In this document: positions 16,809-24,025 of the stretch, piece after piece
How positions within the stretch are numbered: position 1 is the stretch's first letter
Layout of the letters: every line of letters begins with the position of its first letter
Source of the DNA: a virus
Taxonomy: Duplodnaviria > Caudoviricetes
Virus record (IMG/VR): IMGVR_UViG_3300042402_001228
Span: 1 to 28,802 of that record
Reading direction: 5' to 3' (one strand)
DNA length: 28,802 nucleotides
The notes under the pieces: model-generated
Database searches by the model: none
What the model was told of the DNA's origin: nothing
The model's input: the letters and a program-made list of their open reading frames with translations, nothing else
Translations under genes and position numbers: made by a program

Positions 16809-17272
16809 AAACAGGCGAACGCGGTTTAAAATTAATTAAAGAATTTGAAGGATGTAAATTATCGGCTTATCAATGCCCTGCGGGTGTTTGGACTATTGGC
16901 ATTGGCTCAACACATTATGGTGATGGCACACCAGTTACTAAAAATAGAACGTTGCCTAATGAAGGGGCGGCAATCGCTTTATTAGCCGCAACAATTGGGA
17001 AATATGAGAAAGCGGTAAACGATGTGGGCGTTGAACTAACGCAAAATGAATTTGATGCCTGTGTGTCTTTAGCTTATAACATTGGCATCGGTGATAAAAT
17101 TGTTGGCAAAGGTGGTTTTTGCAATTCAACACTTGTTAAAATGCTTAAAGCCGGTGATGATAAAGCCGAAATAGCAAAACAGTTTTTGCGTTGGGATAAA
17201 GCAGGGGGTAAACCGCTTGCTGGTCTTACACGACGACGCAACGCTGAAGCAGAATTGTTTTTAAGCAAATAA
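16805..17272 (+). CDS. Endolysin, glycoside hydrolase family 24 lysozyme
   Basis: 'GLKLIKEFEGC.L.AY.CPAGVWTIG.G.T' (E-x8-C-x5-T triad), 'LTQNEFDA.VS..YNIG', 'F.RW.KAGG..L.GL.RRR.AE..LF'. Confidence 0.95.
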   Translation: MKTGERGLKLIKEFEGCKLSAYQCPAGVWTIGIGSTHYGDGTPVTKNRTLPNEGAAIALLAATIGKYEKAVNDVGVELTQNEFDACVSLAYNIGIGDKIVGKGGFCNSTLVKMLKAGDDKAEIAKQFLRWDKAGGKPLAGLTRRRNAEAELFLSK

Positions 17273-17274
17273 TT

Positions 17275-17306
17275 AAAAAGCCGCTTACTCAGCGGCTTTG
17301 TTTTTT
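17275..17306. terminator. Bidirectional rho-independent terminator between convergent operons
   Basis: AAAGCCGCT-TACTC-AGCGGCTTT with A-run before and T-run after, at the +/- strand junction. Confidence 0.8.
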
Positions 17307-17413
17307 GATACCCATTTTTGATAGGCTTCTTCAGGTGTTGAGCCGGAACATACAGCCGTTGTTTGTGTGTAACATAACCAAATTCTACCTATCTTTTTAA
17401 GTCGTGGTTTCAT
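17285..17413 (-). CDS. Small hypothetical protein (42 aa)
   Basis: Own translation MKPRLKKIGRIWLCYTQTTAVCSGSTPEEAYQKWVSKNKAAE; ATGA overlap with upstream ORF. Confidence 0.6.
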   Translation of the reverse strand: MKPRLKKIGRIWLCYTQTTAVCSGSTPEEAYQKWVSKNKAAE

Positions 17414-17541
17414 GCACTGCGTTCACTTATAAACACGGGTTGCATGGGATTATCTGCAAACCATTTTAATTTTATCAAATAATTGCGCATGGCTTGATAA
17501 CGCAATCCGCCTGATGGTTTACCACTTTTAAATTCATACAT
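17410..17541 (-). CDS. Small hypothetical protein (43 aa)
   Basis: Own translation MYEFKSGKPSGGLRYQAMRNYLIKLKWFADNPMQPVFISERSA; TAATG overlap upstream, ATGA downstream. Confidence 0.55.
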   Translation of the reverse strand: MYEFKSGKPSGGLRYQAMRNYLIKLKWFADNPMQPVFISERSA

Positions 17542-18044
17542 TACACGCCCTCTTTTTCTTTTAACTTATCAAAATACCACTGCGCTTTTTTTAAATCCTC
17601 AGCACCGTTTTTTTGCTTATAACGCCATTGATATTTTAATATGTTCCCGCGTAAAAATCCGATAAATTCTTCTTTTGTTAGCATTGATTCAATTGCGTCA
17701 ATACATTCAACATTGCCGCTGTTATAGTGCGTTGGTGAGTTTACTTTTTCGCTCGTTTTGATTGGCGCGCCTGCATTAACTAATTCTTTTTGTCTGTTTA
17801 AATGTTTAATAACATTATCCAATCGAACAGGCGAACATTCAACGGGTGGCGGCAATTCTTCATAGCTTGTCAACGTGTACAAATACGCATTATCTATTCT
17901 ATCAACAGATTTATGCACAATGCCTTCTTTGATTAACTTTTGAATCTTAAATTCCACTTGGTGTTGCTTTAAATCTGTTAGCTCGGTTATTTCGCGCATT
18001 GTCATGCCTTGACGGTTTCCGCGCTGGAGAATTTGCTGGATCAT
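17541..18044 (-). CDS. Winged-HTH + DUF3310 (T7 gp1.7/SaV-like nucleotide kinase domain) fusion
   Basis: N-terminal 'GMTMREITELTDLKQHQVEFKIQKLIKEGIV'; C-terminal 'VNSPTHYNSGNVECIDAIE...GFLRGNILKYQWRY..KNG.EDLKKA.WY'. Confidence 0.85.
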   Translation of the reverse strand: MIQQILQRGNRQGMTMREITELTDLKQHQVEFKIQKLIKEGIVHKSVDRIDNAYLYTLTSYEELPPPVECSPVRLDNVIKHLNRQKELVNAGAPIKTSEKVNSPTHYNSGNVECIDAIESMLTKEEFIGFLRGNILKYQWRYKQKNGAEDLKKAQWYFDKLKEKEGV

Positions 18045-18241
18045 TTTTTAATCTCATTAAGTTGATATGGGTGGCAGGTTAGATTCCATCTGCCTGCAAA
18101 TTGCAAATTTTTAAATGCAAAATCCTGTCTAACTGCCGCGCTTTCACACGAAGCCTTATCCGCAAATTCAATTGTTGATTGTGTAAGCTCACCGTGAGTT
18201 GTTACAGCGATAATTAAAATATAGGCTGTTGTTGCAATCAT
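18041..18241 (-). CDS. Small exported/membrane-anchored two-Cys protein
   Basis: 66 aa; hydrophobic N-terminus, 'F.DKASCE.A ... C.P'; ATGA overlaps. Confidence 0.6.
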   Translation of the reverse strand: MIATTAYILIIAVTTHGELTQSTIEFADKASCESAAVRQDFAFKNLQFAGRWNLTCHPYQLNEIKK

Positions 18242-18672
18242 TTCCCTGTACTCCCAAAGCCACCAACACCACGCTCAGTTACTGCGCTAAATTCCTCAAC
18301 TTCTTCAAATATCGGACGCAATACAGGCACAAAAAACATTTGAGCAATACGTTCGTTAGGTTGGATTCGATAACTATCACCATGTGTCATGCGCAACTTA
18401 ACCATAATTTCGCCTTGATAATCACTGTCAATTACGCCAACCGTGTTCATCAAACCAACGCCATAATTAAAACCCAGCCCACTACGCGGAACAATTAAGC
18501 CAACAACAGACTTATCAGCAATATGAATTGCAATGCCTGTAGGTATTAACACAGGCGTTTCTGGCGTTAAAAGCATGGTTTCTTCAATACAAGCGCATAA
18601 ATCAATAGCGGCTGCGCCTTCGGTTTGAAATTGCGGAATAACCGCGATTGGTCTTACTTTTTTTATCTGCAT
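18238..18672 (-). CDS. dut: Trimeric dUTPase
   Basis: Start reassigned to MQIKKV (18672); motifs 'AAAIDL', 'PRSGLG', 'GVIDSDYQGEI', 'ERIAQ', 'RGVGGFGSTG'. Confidence 0.95.
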   Translation of the reverse strand: MQIKKVRPIAVIPQFQTEGAAAIDLCACIEETMLLTPETPVLIPTGIAIHIADKSVVGLIVPRSGLGFNYGVGLMNTVGVIDSDYQGEIMVKLRMTHGDSYRIQPNERIAQMFFVPVLRPIFEEVEEFSAVTERGVGGFGSTGK

Positions 18673-19304
18673 AATGTCATCTCCCATTGTGTAGGCATGT
18701 CGCCAATCCACGTTTTTAAAAATTCCCGTGCGGTTTTATTTCCGCGCTGGCTTTCTGATAAATTAATGCGCTTAATTTGTATATGCTCGATTCCTTCATC
18801 ATCAACAACCAACCTTCTACCAATCAGATCACCGCAGTATTTCGCAAACTCTTTTTTATCATAAAAAAACACTCTCCAGTTTTTTACAATGCGCTCAAAT
18901 CGTATTGCATTTCTCATGCGATAATTAACCGTTTGTGGTGATAAACCATGCTCAGTAGCAAAGTCTAAAACAGTCTGTTCATCTTCGTTTGGGTGGCAAA
19001 CAACAATATTATTAATTCTAAAATTATAATTATCACCGTCTTTAAAAATAACAGCATCTTCAAAACTTGGATAATAACCATGTGAAAAGAAAACAGCCAT
19101 GCGCCATGCTGTAAAATATTTTTTGCCACCTTCTTTTTTAACGCAAATGGTGGCTTGCCTATTTGCGTAGTTAAAAGCCAATGGCTTGTCAGGTGTTCTT
19201 TTTCTGTAAAACGTGCCTGTGCCGCCACAATAAATAATATTTTCTTTTATACTTTCCAACTCTTTAAGCGAAACTTTTAAATCTCTTTTTATTGGTTGCA
19301 CCAT
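18663..19304 (-). CDS. Degenerate HNH endonuclease-like protein with C-terminal HTH
   Basis: 'YFTAWRMAVFFSHGYYP....VIFKDGDNYNFRINNI' follows the HNH_3 scaffold but lacks both His residues; 'TVLDFATEHGLSPQTVNYRMR' is HTH-like. Start could be 19304 or 19325. Confidence 0.65.
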   Translation of the reverse strand: MVQPIKRDLKVSLKELESIKENIIYCGGTGTFYRKRTPDKPLAFNYANRQATICVKKEGGKKYFTAWRMAVFFSHGYYPSFEDAVIFKDGDNYNFRINNIVVCHPNEDEQTVLDFATEHGLSPQTVNYRMRNAIRFERIVKNWRVFFYDKKEFAKYCGDLIGRRLVVDDEGIEHIQIKRINLSESQRGNKTAREFLKTWIGDMPTQWEMTLCR

Positions 19305-19308
19305 GCTA

Positions 19309-19470
19309 TTACCTTTGATGTTCAATTTTTAAATCAAAAATAGGGCGTATTTCATGACAACGATCACACTCTCTAATTCCTCTGCTTACATATTGCCGCC
19401 ATGTTTTATGCTGGCAGTTTGTTGCGCTTGGCGTTGGTGTTACCTTCTCAACTGGTTTAATCAATGCCAT
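19309..19470 (-). CDS. Small zinc-ribbon-like protein (53 aa)
   Basis: Own translation MALIKPVEKVTPTPSATNCQHKTWRQYVSRGIRECDRCHEIRPIFDLKIEHQR (CxH...CxxC). Confidence 0.6.
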   Translation of the reverse strand: MALIKPVEKVTPTPSATNCQHKTWRQYVSRGIRECDRCHEIRPIFDLKIEHQR

Positions 19471-19538
19471 AGCCATATCCCCGCTAATATGAGTGCTAAC
19501 ACATAGAATATTAATGCTGCAATGTCGTCAATCTCCAC
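19461..19538 (-). CDS. 25-aa single-TM micro-protein
   Basis: Own translation (GTG start) MEIDDIAALIFYVLALILAGIWLWH; GGAG upstream; overlaps both neighbours. Confidence 0.45.
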   Translation of the reverse strand: MEIDDIAALIFYVLALILAGIWLWH

Positions 19539-19605
19539 TCGCGTACTCCACCATAAAACAAACAATCATAACCACAATGCCAATCCAAAATATTAATTCA
19601 CCCAT
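19528..19605 (-). CDS. 25-aa single-TM micro-protein
   Basis: Own translation MGELIFWIGIVVMIVCFMVEYASGD; GAGGAG RBS 7 nt upstream. Confidence 0.55.
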   Translation of the reverse strand: MGELIFWIGIVVMIVCFMVEYASGD

Positions 19606-19756
19606 GTTTACGCTCCTCTCTAAATTTTGCCAATATAAATTGAATATCAATGGTTTCTTTAATGCTGCGCAGTTTTTGACGCTTCAGGCTTTTACGTTCT
19701 TCTTTTAATTCATTAAGCCGGTTAAGCAAATGTTCTTCTAGTGCTATTTGTTTCAT
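19598..19756 (-). CDS. Small coiled-coil protein (52 aa)
   Basis: Own translation MKQIALEEHLLNRLNELKEERKSLKRQKLRSIKETIDIQFILAKFREERKHG; ATGA overlap upstream. Confidence 0.6.
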   Translation of the reverse strand: MKQIALEEHLLNRLNELKEERKSLKRQKLRSIKETIDIQFILAKFREERKHG

Positions 19757-19953
19757 CTCGCTACCATATCCCCAGCAACATTGCGTTGCATCTCATAAAC
19801 AGTAAAAATCTTGCCATCTCTTAAAACAAACTCACCGATGTTTGTTTTAATCACTTCATAATGGTGTCGGTGTGTTGCAGCTATAATTAAAAAGCAAAGC
19901 AATGCACCAGCCAAAAATGAACAAATAGAAAACCAAATTAAATCGTTTTTCAT
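19753..19953 (-). CDS. Membrane-anchored hypothetical protein
   Basis: 66 aa with N-terminal TM (LIWFSICSFLAGALLCFLIIAA); ATGA overlaps. Confidence 0.65.
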   Translation of the reverse strand: MKNDLIWFSICSFLAGALLCFLIIAATHRHHYEVIKTNIGEFVLRDGKIFTVYEMQRNVAGDMVAR

Positions 19954-20198
19954 TCCACCACCCCCGTTTTACCGTCATTACAAATCGCGCCAATAATGCG
20001 CGTAGGGCGTTTAAATAACTGATATGCGCCTACCGCTAATTGATATTCTTCTTTTGCGTTGTTGCACGCTTGCATGCTGTCATACGGCATTGCAACGCTT
20101 GTGTATGCGATAACTTCATGCGTTGTTGTTCTTCCGCGCTTGTCGATGTTGGTGTCAATGGTTAAAAATGACAGTGTTAGTGCTAGTGTTGCGCTCAT
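19950..20198 (-). CDS. Small exported-type two-Cys protein
   Basis: 82 aa; hydrophobic N-terminus; 'YDSMQAC..AK ... AIC'; GGGGAG RBS. Confidence 0.65.
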   Translation of the reverse strand: MSATLALTLSFLTIDTNIDKRGRTTTHEVIAYTSVAMPYDSMQACNNAKEEYQLAVGAYQLFKRPTRIIGAICNDGKTGVVE

Positions 20199-20510
20199 TT
20201 ACTCCCCCTTTGCTTTGGCGATTGCTTGTTTTGCTGTTTTCATAATTGGAAAAAGCTCATCATCCATCCCATAGTAAACATTGTCCTCATTATTCCAATG
20301 CTCATAAATAATTTCTAAAGCCTGCATCATTTCAGGCGCAGCGGCCATTAGTCTTGCATTAGCTTTTGCTTCTTCGTATGCTTCTGCATAGTTATTACCA
20401 GCCCCCATAATAGATGCCGAACCAATAAATCTACTAATATCGTCAACATCAGTAATACACAGTTCTGTTTTACCATCAATTTTCCACGGACCTTTTGTAT
20501 GTTTTCTCAT
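20199..20510 (-). CDS. Conserved phage early hypothetical protein (HT.GPW...ANARL.AAAPE type)
   Basis: 'KHTKGPW' and 'EAKANARLMAAAPEMMQALE...AIAKAKGE' motifs, widespread in phages. Confidence 0.75.
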   Translation of the reverse strand: MRKHTKGPWKIDGKTELCITDVDDISRFIGSASIMGAGNNYAEAYEEAKANARLMAAAPEMMQALEIIYEHWNNEDNVYYGMDDELFPIMKTAKQAIAKAKGE

Positions 20511-20728
20511 AATTCACCCCTTACTTTTAACATTGCATCTGCCATTAAATAAGCCTTTTTAGTTGAAACATCTACATCAACAAAATGTATATTACCCGCC
20601 ACACAAAAACCTTGCATTGCTTTAGCCGCAAAATAATCACGCAATGTCATACCCTCTGAACCTTGTGTAGTTTCTGAACCCATTGGCAATGGAAATGCTG
20701 CACCACCTGTTTTTATTTCTTTGGTCAT
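20507..20728 (-). CDS. Conserved phage hypothetical protein (GMTLRDYFAAKAMQ type)
   Basis: 'GG.AFP...GMTLRDYFAAKAMQG...AY.MADAML..R', widespread in proteobacterial phages. Confidence 0.8.
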   Translation of the reverse strand: MTKEIKTGGAAFPLPMGSETTQGSEGMTLRDYFAAKAMQGFCVAGNIHFVDVDVSTKKAYLMADAMLKVRGEL

Positions 20729-20886
20729 AAACTTGCCTTCAATTTCAAAATTTCACGTTTTAAAATTACAATTTCAATTTGTGCTTTGCCATTTTTTCCC
20801 CAAAAATAAATAGCAGTCATAATAAAAATAAAATATGCTGCGCCTGTTTGGTCGAGCATTAGTAAAAATTCGTATATTTCTTTCAT
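20725..20886 (-). CDS. Small membrane protein (53 aa)
   Basis: Own translation MKEIYEFLLMLDQTGAAYFIFIMTAIYFWGKNGKAQIEIVILKREILKLKASL; ATGA overlaps on both sides, GAGG RBS. Confidence 0.6.
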   Translation of the reverse strand: MKEIYEFLLMLDQTGAAYFIFIMTAIYFWGKNGKAQIEIVILKREILKLKASL

Positions 20887-21182
20887 AAAAAATTAACCTC
20901 TTTAATAGTTACGCCAAAATCAGCGGAAAAATTTTTAATCTTTTTAATTTTTAAATCTTCATTTACAAGACGTTCAGATTCTTCTTCATCAGTTTCAAGG
21001 CGTTCATAACTAATTTCAAGTGTGCAACCTATATCGTTAGGCGTATCAGCGTGAGCAAAAGCAGAAATGGTTGCTGATTTACCAACTTCATCTTGTAATT
21101 CACGAAGTGTGTTAATCCATGTGCCAAGTGTTGCGCCATTTAACTCATCTAAATTAATTGTGTCTGTAATAATTTTTTTCAT
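20883..21182 (-). CDS. Hypothetical protein
   Basis: 99 aa acidic; 'ISYERLETDEE...R'; AAGGTGA RBS. Confidence 0.7.
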   Translation of the reverse strand: MKKIITDTINLDELNGATLGTWINTLRELQDEVGKSATISAFAHADTPNDIGCTLEISYERLETDEEESERLVNEDLKIKKIKNFSADFGVTIKEVNFL

Positions 21183-21193
21183 AAATCACCTTT

Positions 21194-21218
21194 AAAAAAT
21201 ACCCCATGTCTTTGGGGT
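21194..21218 (-). terminator. Terminator-like hairpin within early block
   Basis: Minus strand ACCCCA-AAGACA-TGGGGT followed by ATTTTTT. Confidence 0.6.
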
Positions 21219-21235
21219 GAGGTAGGAGTTGTTTG

Positions 21236-21556
21236 TTATAACAAATCACTTAAATTGTGATCGCTTTTAAAGTTGTCAATGTAAAAAATATAACCGCCTT
21301 TTTCAGCGTCTTTGTAAATATTAATGTCGTTGTCGTTAACGTGTTCATAAACTATTTCTGTCAATTTTTCTGAACCAATCATTTCTTCACCTTCTTCATC
21401 GGTAAATGAAATGTCGCCAACTAAACACTCACGATCATCTTCAATGTCGTGGTGAAAAGTAGCTTCAATTCTTTTACCGCTAAGTGTTGCTGTAGCCGCA
21501 ACGCCAATGTCAACACCGTCATGGCTAATAATGCTAAAGTAAATTTTGATTTCCAT
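21236..21556 (-). CDS. Highly acidic hypothetical protein
   Basis: 106 aa, Asp/Glu-rich; AGGAG RBS. Confidence 0.7.
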   Translation of the reverse strand: MEIKIYFSIISHDGVDIGVAATATLSGKRIEATFHHDIEDDRECLVGDISFTDEEGEEMIGSEKLTEIVYEHVNDNDINIYKDAEKGGYIFYIDNFKSDHNLSDLL

Positions 21557-21567
21557 CTTGTTCTCCT

Positions 21568-21590
21568 AAAATGCGCGGCTTGCACCGCGC
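21568..21590 (-). terminator. GC hairpin with GCAA tetraloop and short T-tract
   Basis: Minus strand GCGCGGT-GCAA-GCCGCGC then ATTTT, directly before the AGGAG RBS of the next gene. Confidence 0.5.
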
Positions 21591-21603
21591 TTGGTTGTTG
21601 TTT

Positions 21604-21786
21604 TTATACTGCGTAGTGAACAGGGCGTTCATATCTGCCGTTACTTTTTCTGTAAACACTTATTAAACGCTCGCCTGTGTTTACTTGCACTGTTTCACCG
21701 TAGTTAATATTTGTTCCAGTAATCCATTGGTCAACTAATCCTTCAGATTCTAATGCTTGGTTTAATGTATCAAAATAGTTGTTCAT
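21604..21786 (-). CDS. Hypothetical protein, first gene after early promoter
   Basis: 60 aa; AGGAG RBS; 'ISVYR.SNGRYERP.HY'. Confidence 0.7.
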   Translation of the reverse strand: MNNYFDTLNQALESEGLVDQWITGTNINYGETVQVNTGERLISVYRKSNGRYERPVHYAV

Positions 21787-21840
21787 TTTAAGCTCCTAAA
21801 TTATTTTATTATTGTTTCGCCTTCTTGAAAGCGTGGTTAT

Positions 21841-21880
21841 ATATTAAACCTTCTATTTTAAAAAGTAAACATATTTTTTT
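21841..21880 (-). promoter_or_regulatory. Sigma70-type early promoter
   Basis: Minus strand AAAAAAATATG-TTTACT(-35)-17 bp-TAATAT(-10); same layout at 27061-27100. Confidence 0.7.
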
Positions 21881-21885
21881 ACATT

Positions 21886-22284
21886 TTAAACAATAGAATC
21901 TAAAAAAGCCTGATAAGCCGCTTCATAACCCAGCGCAACGCAAACAAATGCGCCTGCATCATGTGCGGCTTTTAAATACTCAAGCTGCCCATCCTGCCAT
22001 TTTGACTTGGTGTGATCTTGCCGCTTCAGCTCGCAAACAAACGATCTGCCCATTGGAATAAGAATGTCGGGCGCACCTTTCGTCATGCCTTCGCTTTTTT
22101 GCCGTGCTACTTGTTGCCAGTTGCGCTTTCCTTCGTTTCTGATATGTGTGGCAATCTTTCCATAAGTCGTCGGGTATTCGCGTCTTATACGCGCAAAAAA
22201 CGTCACTGCTTCAAGTGTTTCACTGGGGCAATCGCCACGAAAACCAACATCGCCATAAACTTTAAGCCACTGGGGGAATTTCAT
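21886..22284 (-). CDS. VRR-NUC domain nuclease (Holliday junction resolvase-like)
   Basis: 'H.RNEGKR', 'EGM.KG.PDI', 'FVCELKR', 'Q.EYL', 'VALG' PD-(D/E)xK pattern. Confidence 0.85.
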   Translation of the reverse strand: MKFPQWLKVYGDVGFRGDCPSETLEAVTFFARIRREYPTTYGKIATHIRNEGKRNWQQVARQKSEGMTKGAPDILIPMGRSFVCELKRQDHTKSKWQDGQLEYLKAAHDAGAFVCVALGYEAAYQAFLDSIV

Positions 22285-24025
22285 CGTTTCTAAATCTCAT
22301 GTTGTAATTATGAACCTTGTAAAAATCACCTTCTTTTTGATAAGTAACAGTTTCAGGCGGTTTTGTTCCGTTTATCGTAACAGTCATAAAACTGTTGTAG
22401 TCGCGCGGAATTTTTGGCGTAAAAAACACGGTAAACGTTCGCCACGCTGTTGTAAATTCAACTCGCAAACACTCGTTACCTGCTTTGCTAATGGTTGGCT
22501 TAACTTTCATATCAAGCACTTCATCGGTCTGTGATTGATATGGATCTGATTTTCGCTCGCGGTATTGCCTAACCAATTTTTCGTTAGGGTCAATTAGTTC
22601 TTCTTTGCACCCGCCACAATAACGCGCTGCAACATCGTTTTCATGCCCGCACTCGTGGCATGGCTTAAAACTCCATTTGTAATTGCATAATTCAGACTGA
22701 CATGAACGGCTATGATGCGCAGGAAAAAAACCGTGTTCAGTTACAATTCTATTTCCTTGCAAGTCTACAAAATAGCCATTGTCATCAATGCCAAAACCCG
22801 CGTCATTGTCGCGTGGCTTGGTTTCATTTAATAATCCGCACTCAGGACAACGCGCAATCAGATACTCGCCATTAAACTCTACGCTGTTACTGGTTTTAAT
22901 GTCTGGATTAAAAACATCACCATCGGGGCAATGTCGCTCTATATTCTCAGCATAATCTAAGACTAAGCAATCTTGCTTTCCATCGCTTAGACGCAATCCA
23001 CGCCCAATTATTTGCTGTAATAATGCGGCTGACTCGGTAGCGCGTAAAATTGCAACAACATCGCAGTGAGGTGCATCAAATCCAGTGGTTAAAACCGCCA
23101 CATTTACTAAATATTTTAAAATCTGCGCTTTGAATTTAAGCAGGATTATTTCACGCTCACGAGCTGGCGTTGAGCCTGTGACAATCGCAGATAATTCTGG
23201 CGGTAAAGATTCCATGATCTCACCCGCGTGTTGAATCGTAGCCGCAAAAAATAACACGCCTTTACGATCTCGTGATTGCTCAATAACGTCTGCAACAATC
23301 TCAGCCGTTAACCTGCCTTTGCCGTGATACGCCTTGTCGATGTCATCTTTGCTAAAATTACCCATTGCATTAGTTTGCATGTTTAGCGTTTCATAATGCT
23401 TGCTATGAATTGCACCAACTACAGGCTGACACAAATAACCTTGCTGTATTAACTCACGCGCGGTGATTTTGTAAATCAATCTATCAAAATATGGGTTGCG
23501 TGTTTTGCTTTCATGCAATGCTACACCGCGCAAATCGTGTTTAAAAATGTAACCCGTTGACATGCGGTAAGGTGTAGCTGATAACCCAATAATGCGCAGA
23601 CGTTCGTTAAAAACCTGCAATTGTTCAATAATATGAACGACGGTTGGCGTAATCTTGTGGCACTCGTCAATAATCACTGCGCAGAATTGACTGCCAAAAC
23701 GTTCAAGCTGGTTTTTAATACTGACAGGCGTTCCGACTACCAATGGATTAGCAAGGCAGGTTTCACCAACGCTTGCACTAAACAAAGACACTGGATTTCC
23801 TGTTGCAATAATCTTATCGGCATTTTGCTCCAGCAATTCTTTGCTCGGCACAATACATAAAACGTGTTTGCCTTTGCTTACCTTGTTTAACGAGTTGGCT
23901 ATCTCAGCAACAATGATTGATTTACCTGCACCTGTTGGCAATTCAAGAACGCATGGCGCGGTGTTCTTGCGAACCCACGCTATGCAGTCATCATGCGCCT
24001 GTTGTTGGTATGGGCGCATTTTCAT
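22262..24025 (-). CDS. Superfamily 2 DExH helicase (RadD/YejH-like) with C-terminal zinc ribbons
   Basis: 'MRPYQ', 'LPTGAGKS', 'IIDECH', 'GLSATPYR', 'LTTGFDAP', 'QIIGRGLR', 'VLDYAENIERH', several CxxC. Confidence 0.93.
   Translation of the reverse strand: MKMRPYQQQAHDDCIAWVRKNTAPCVLELPTGAGKSIIVAEIANSLNKVSKGKHVLCIVPSKELLEQNADKIIATGNPVSLFSASVGETCLANPLVVGTPVSIKNQLERFGSQFCAVIIDECHKITPTVVHIIEQLQVFNERLRIIGLSATPYRMSTGYIFKHDLRGVALHESKTRNPYFDRLIYKITARELIQQGYLCQPVVGAIHSKHYETLNMQTNAMGNFSKDDIDKAYHGKGRLTAEIVADVIEQSRDRKGVLFFAATIQHAGEIMESLPPELSAIVTGSTPAREREIILLKFKAQILKYLVNVAVLTTGFDAPHCDVVAILRATESAALLQQIIGRGLRLSDGKQDCLVLDYAENIERHCPDGDVFNPDIKTSNSVEFNGEYLIARCPECGLLNETKPRDNDAGFGIDDNGYFVDLQGNRIVTEHGFFPAHHSRSCQSELCNYKWSFKPCHECGHENDVAARYCGGCKEELIDPNEKLVRQYRERKSDPYQSQTDEVLDMKVKPTISKAGNECLRVEFTTAWRTFTVFFTPKIPRDYNSFMTVTINGTKPPETVTYQKEGDFYKVHNYNMRFRNDEIPPVA

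Noticed and set aside
16097-17268. Embedded or antisense spanin among ORFs 16097-16309, 16263-16538, 17074-17268
   Set aside because: Wrong strand relative to the lysis genes and no lipoprotein signal or lipobox.
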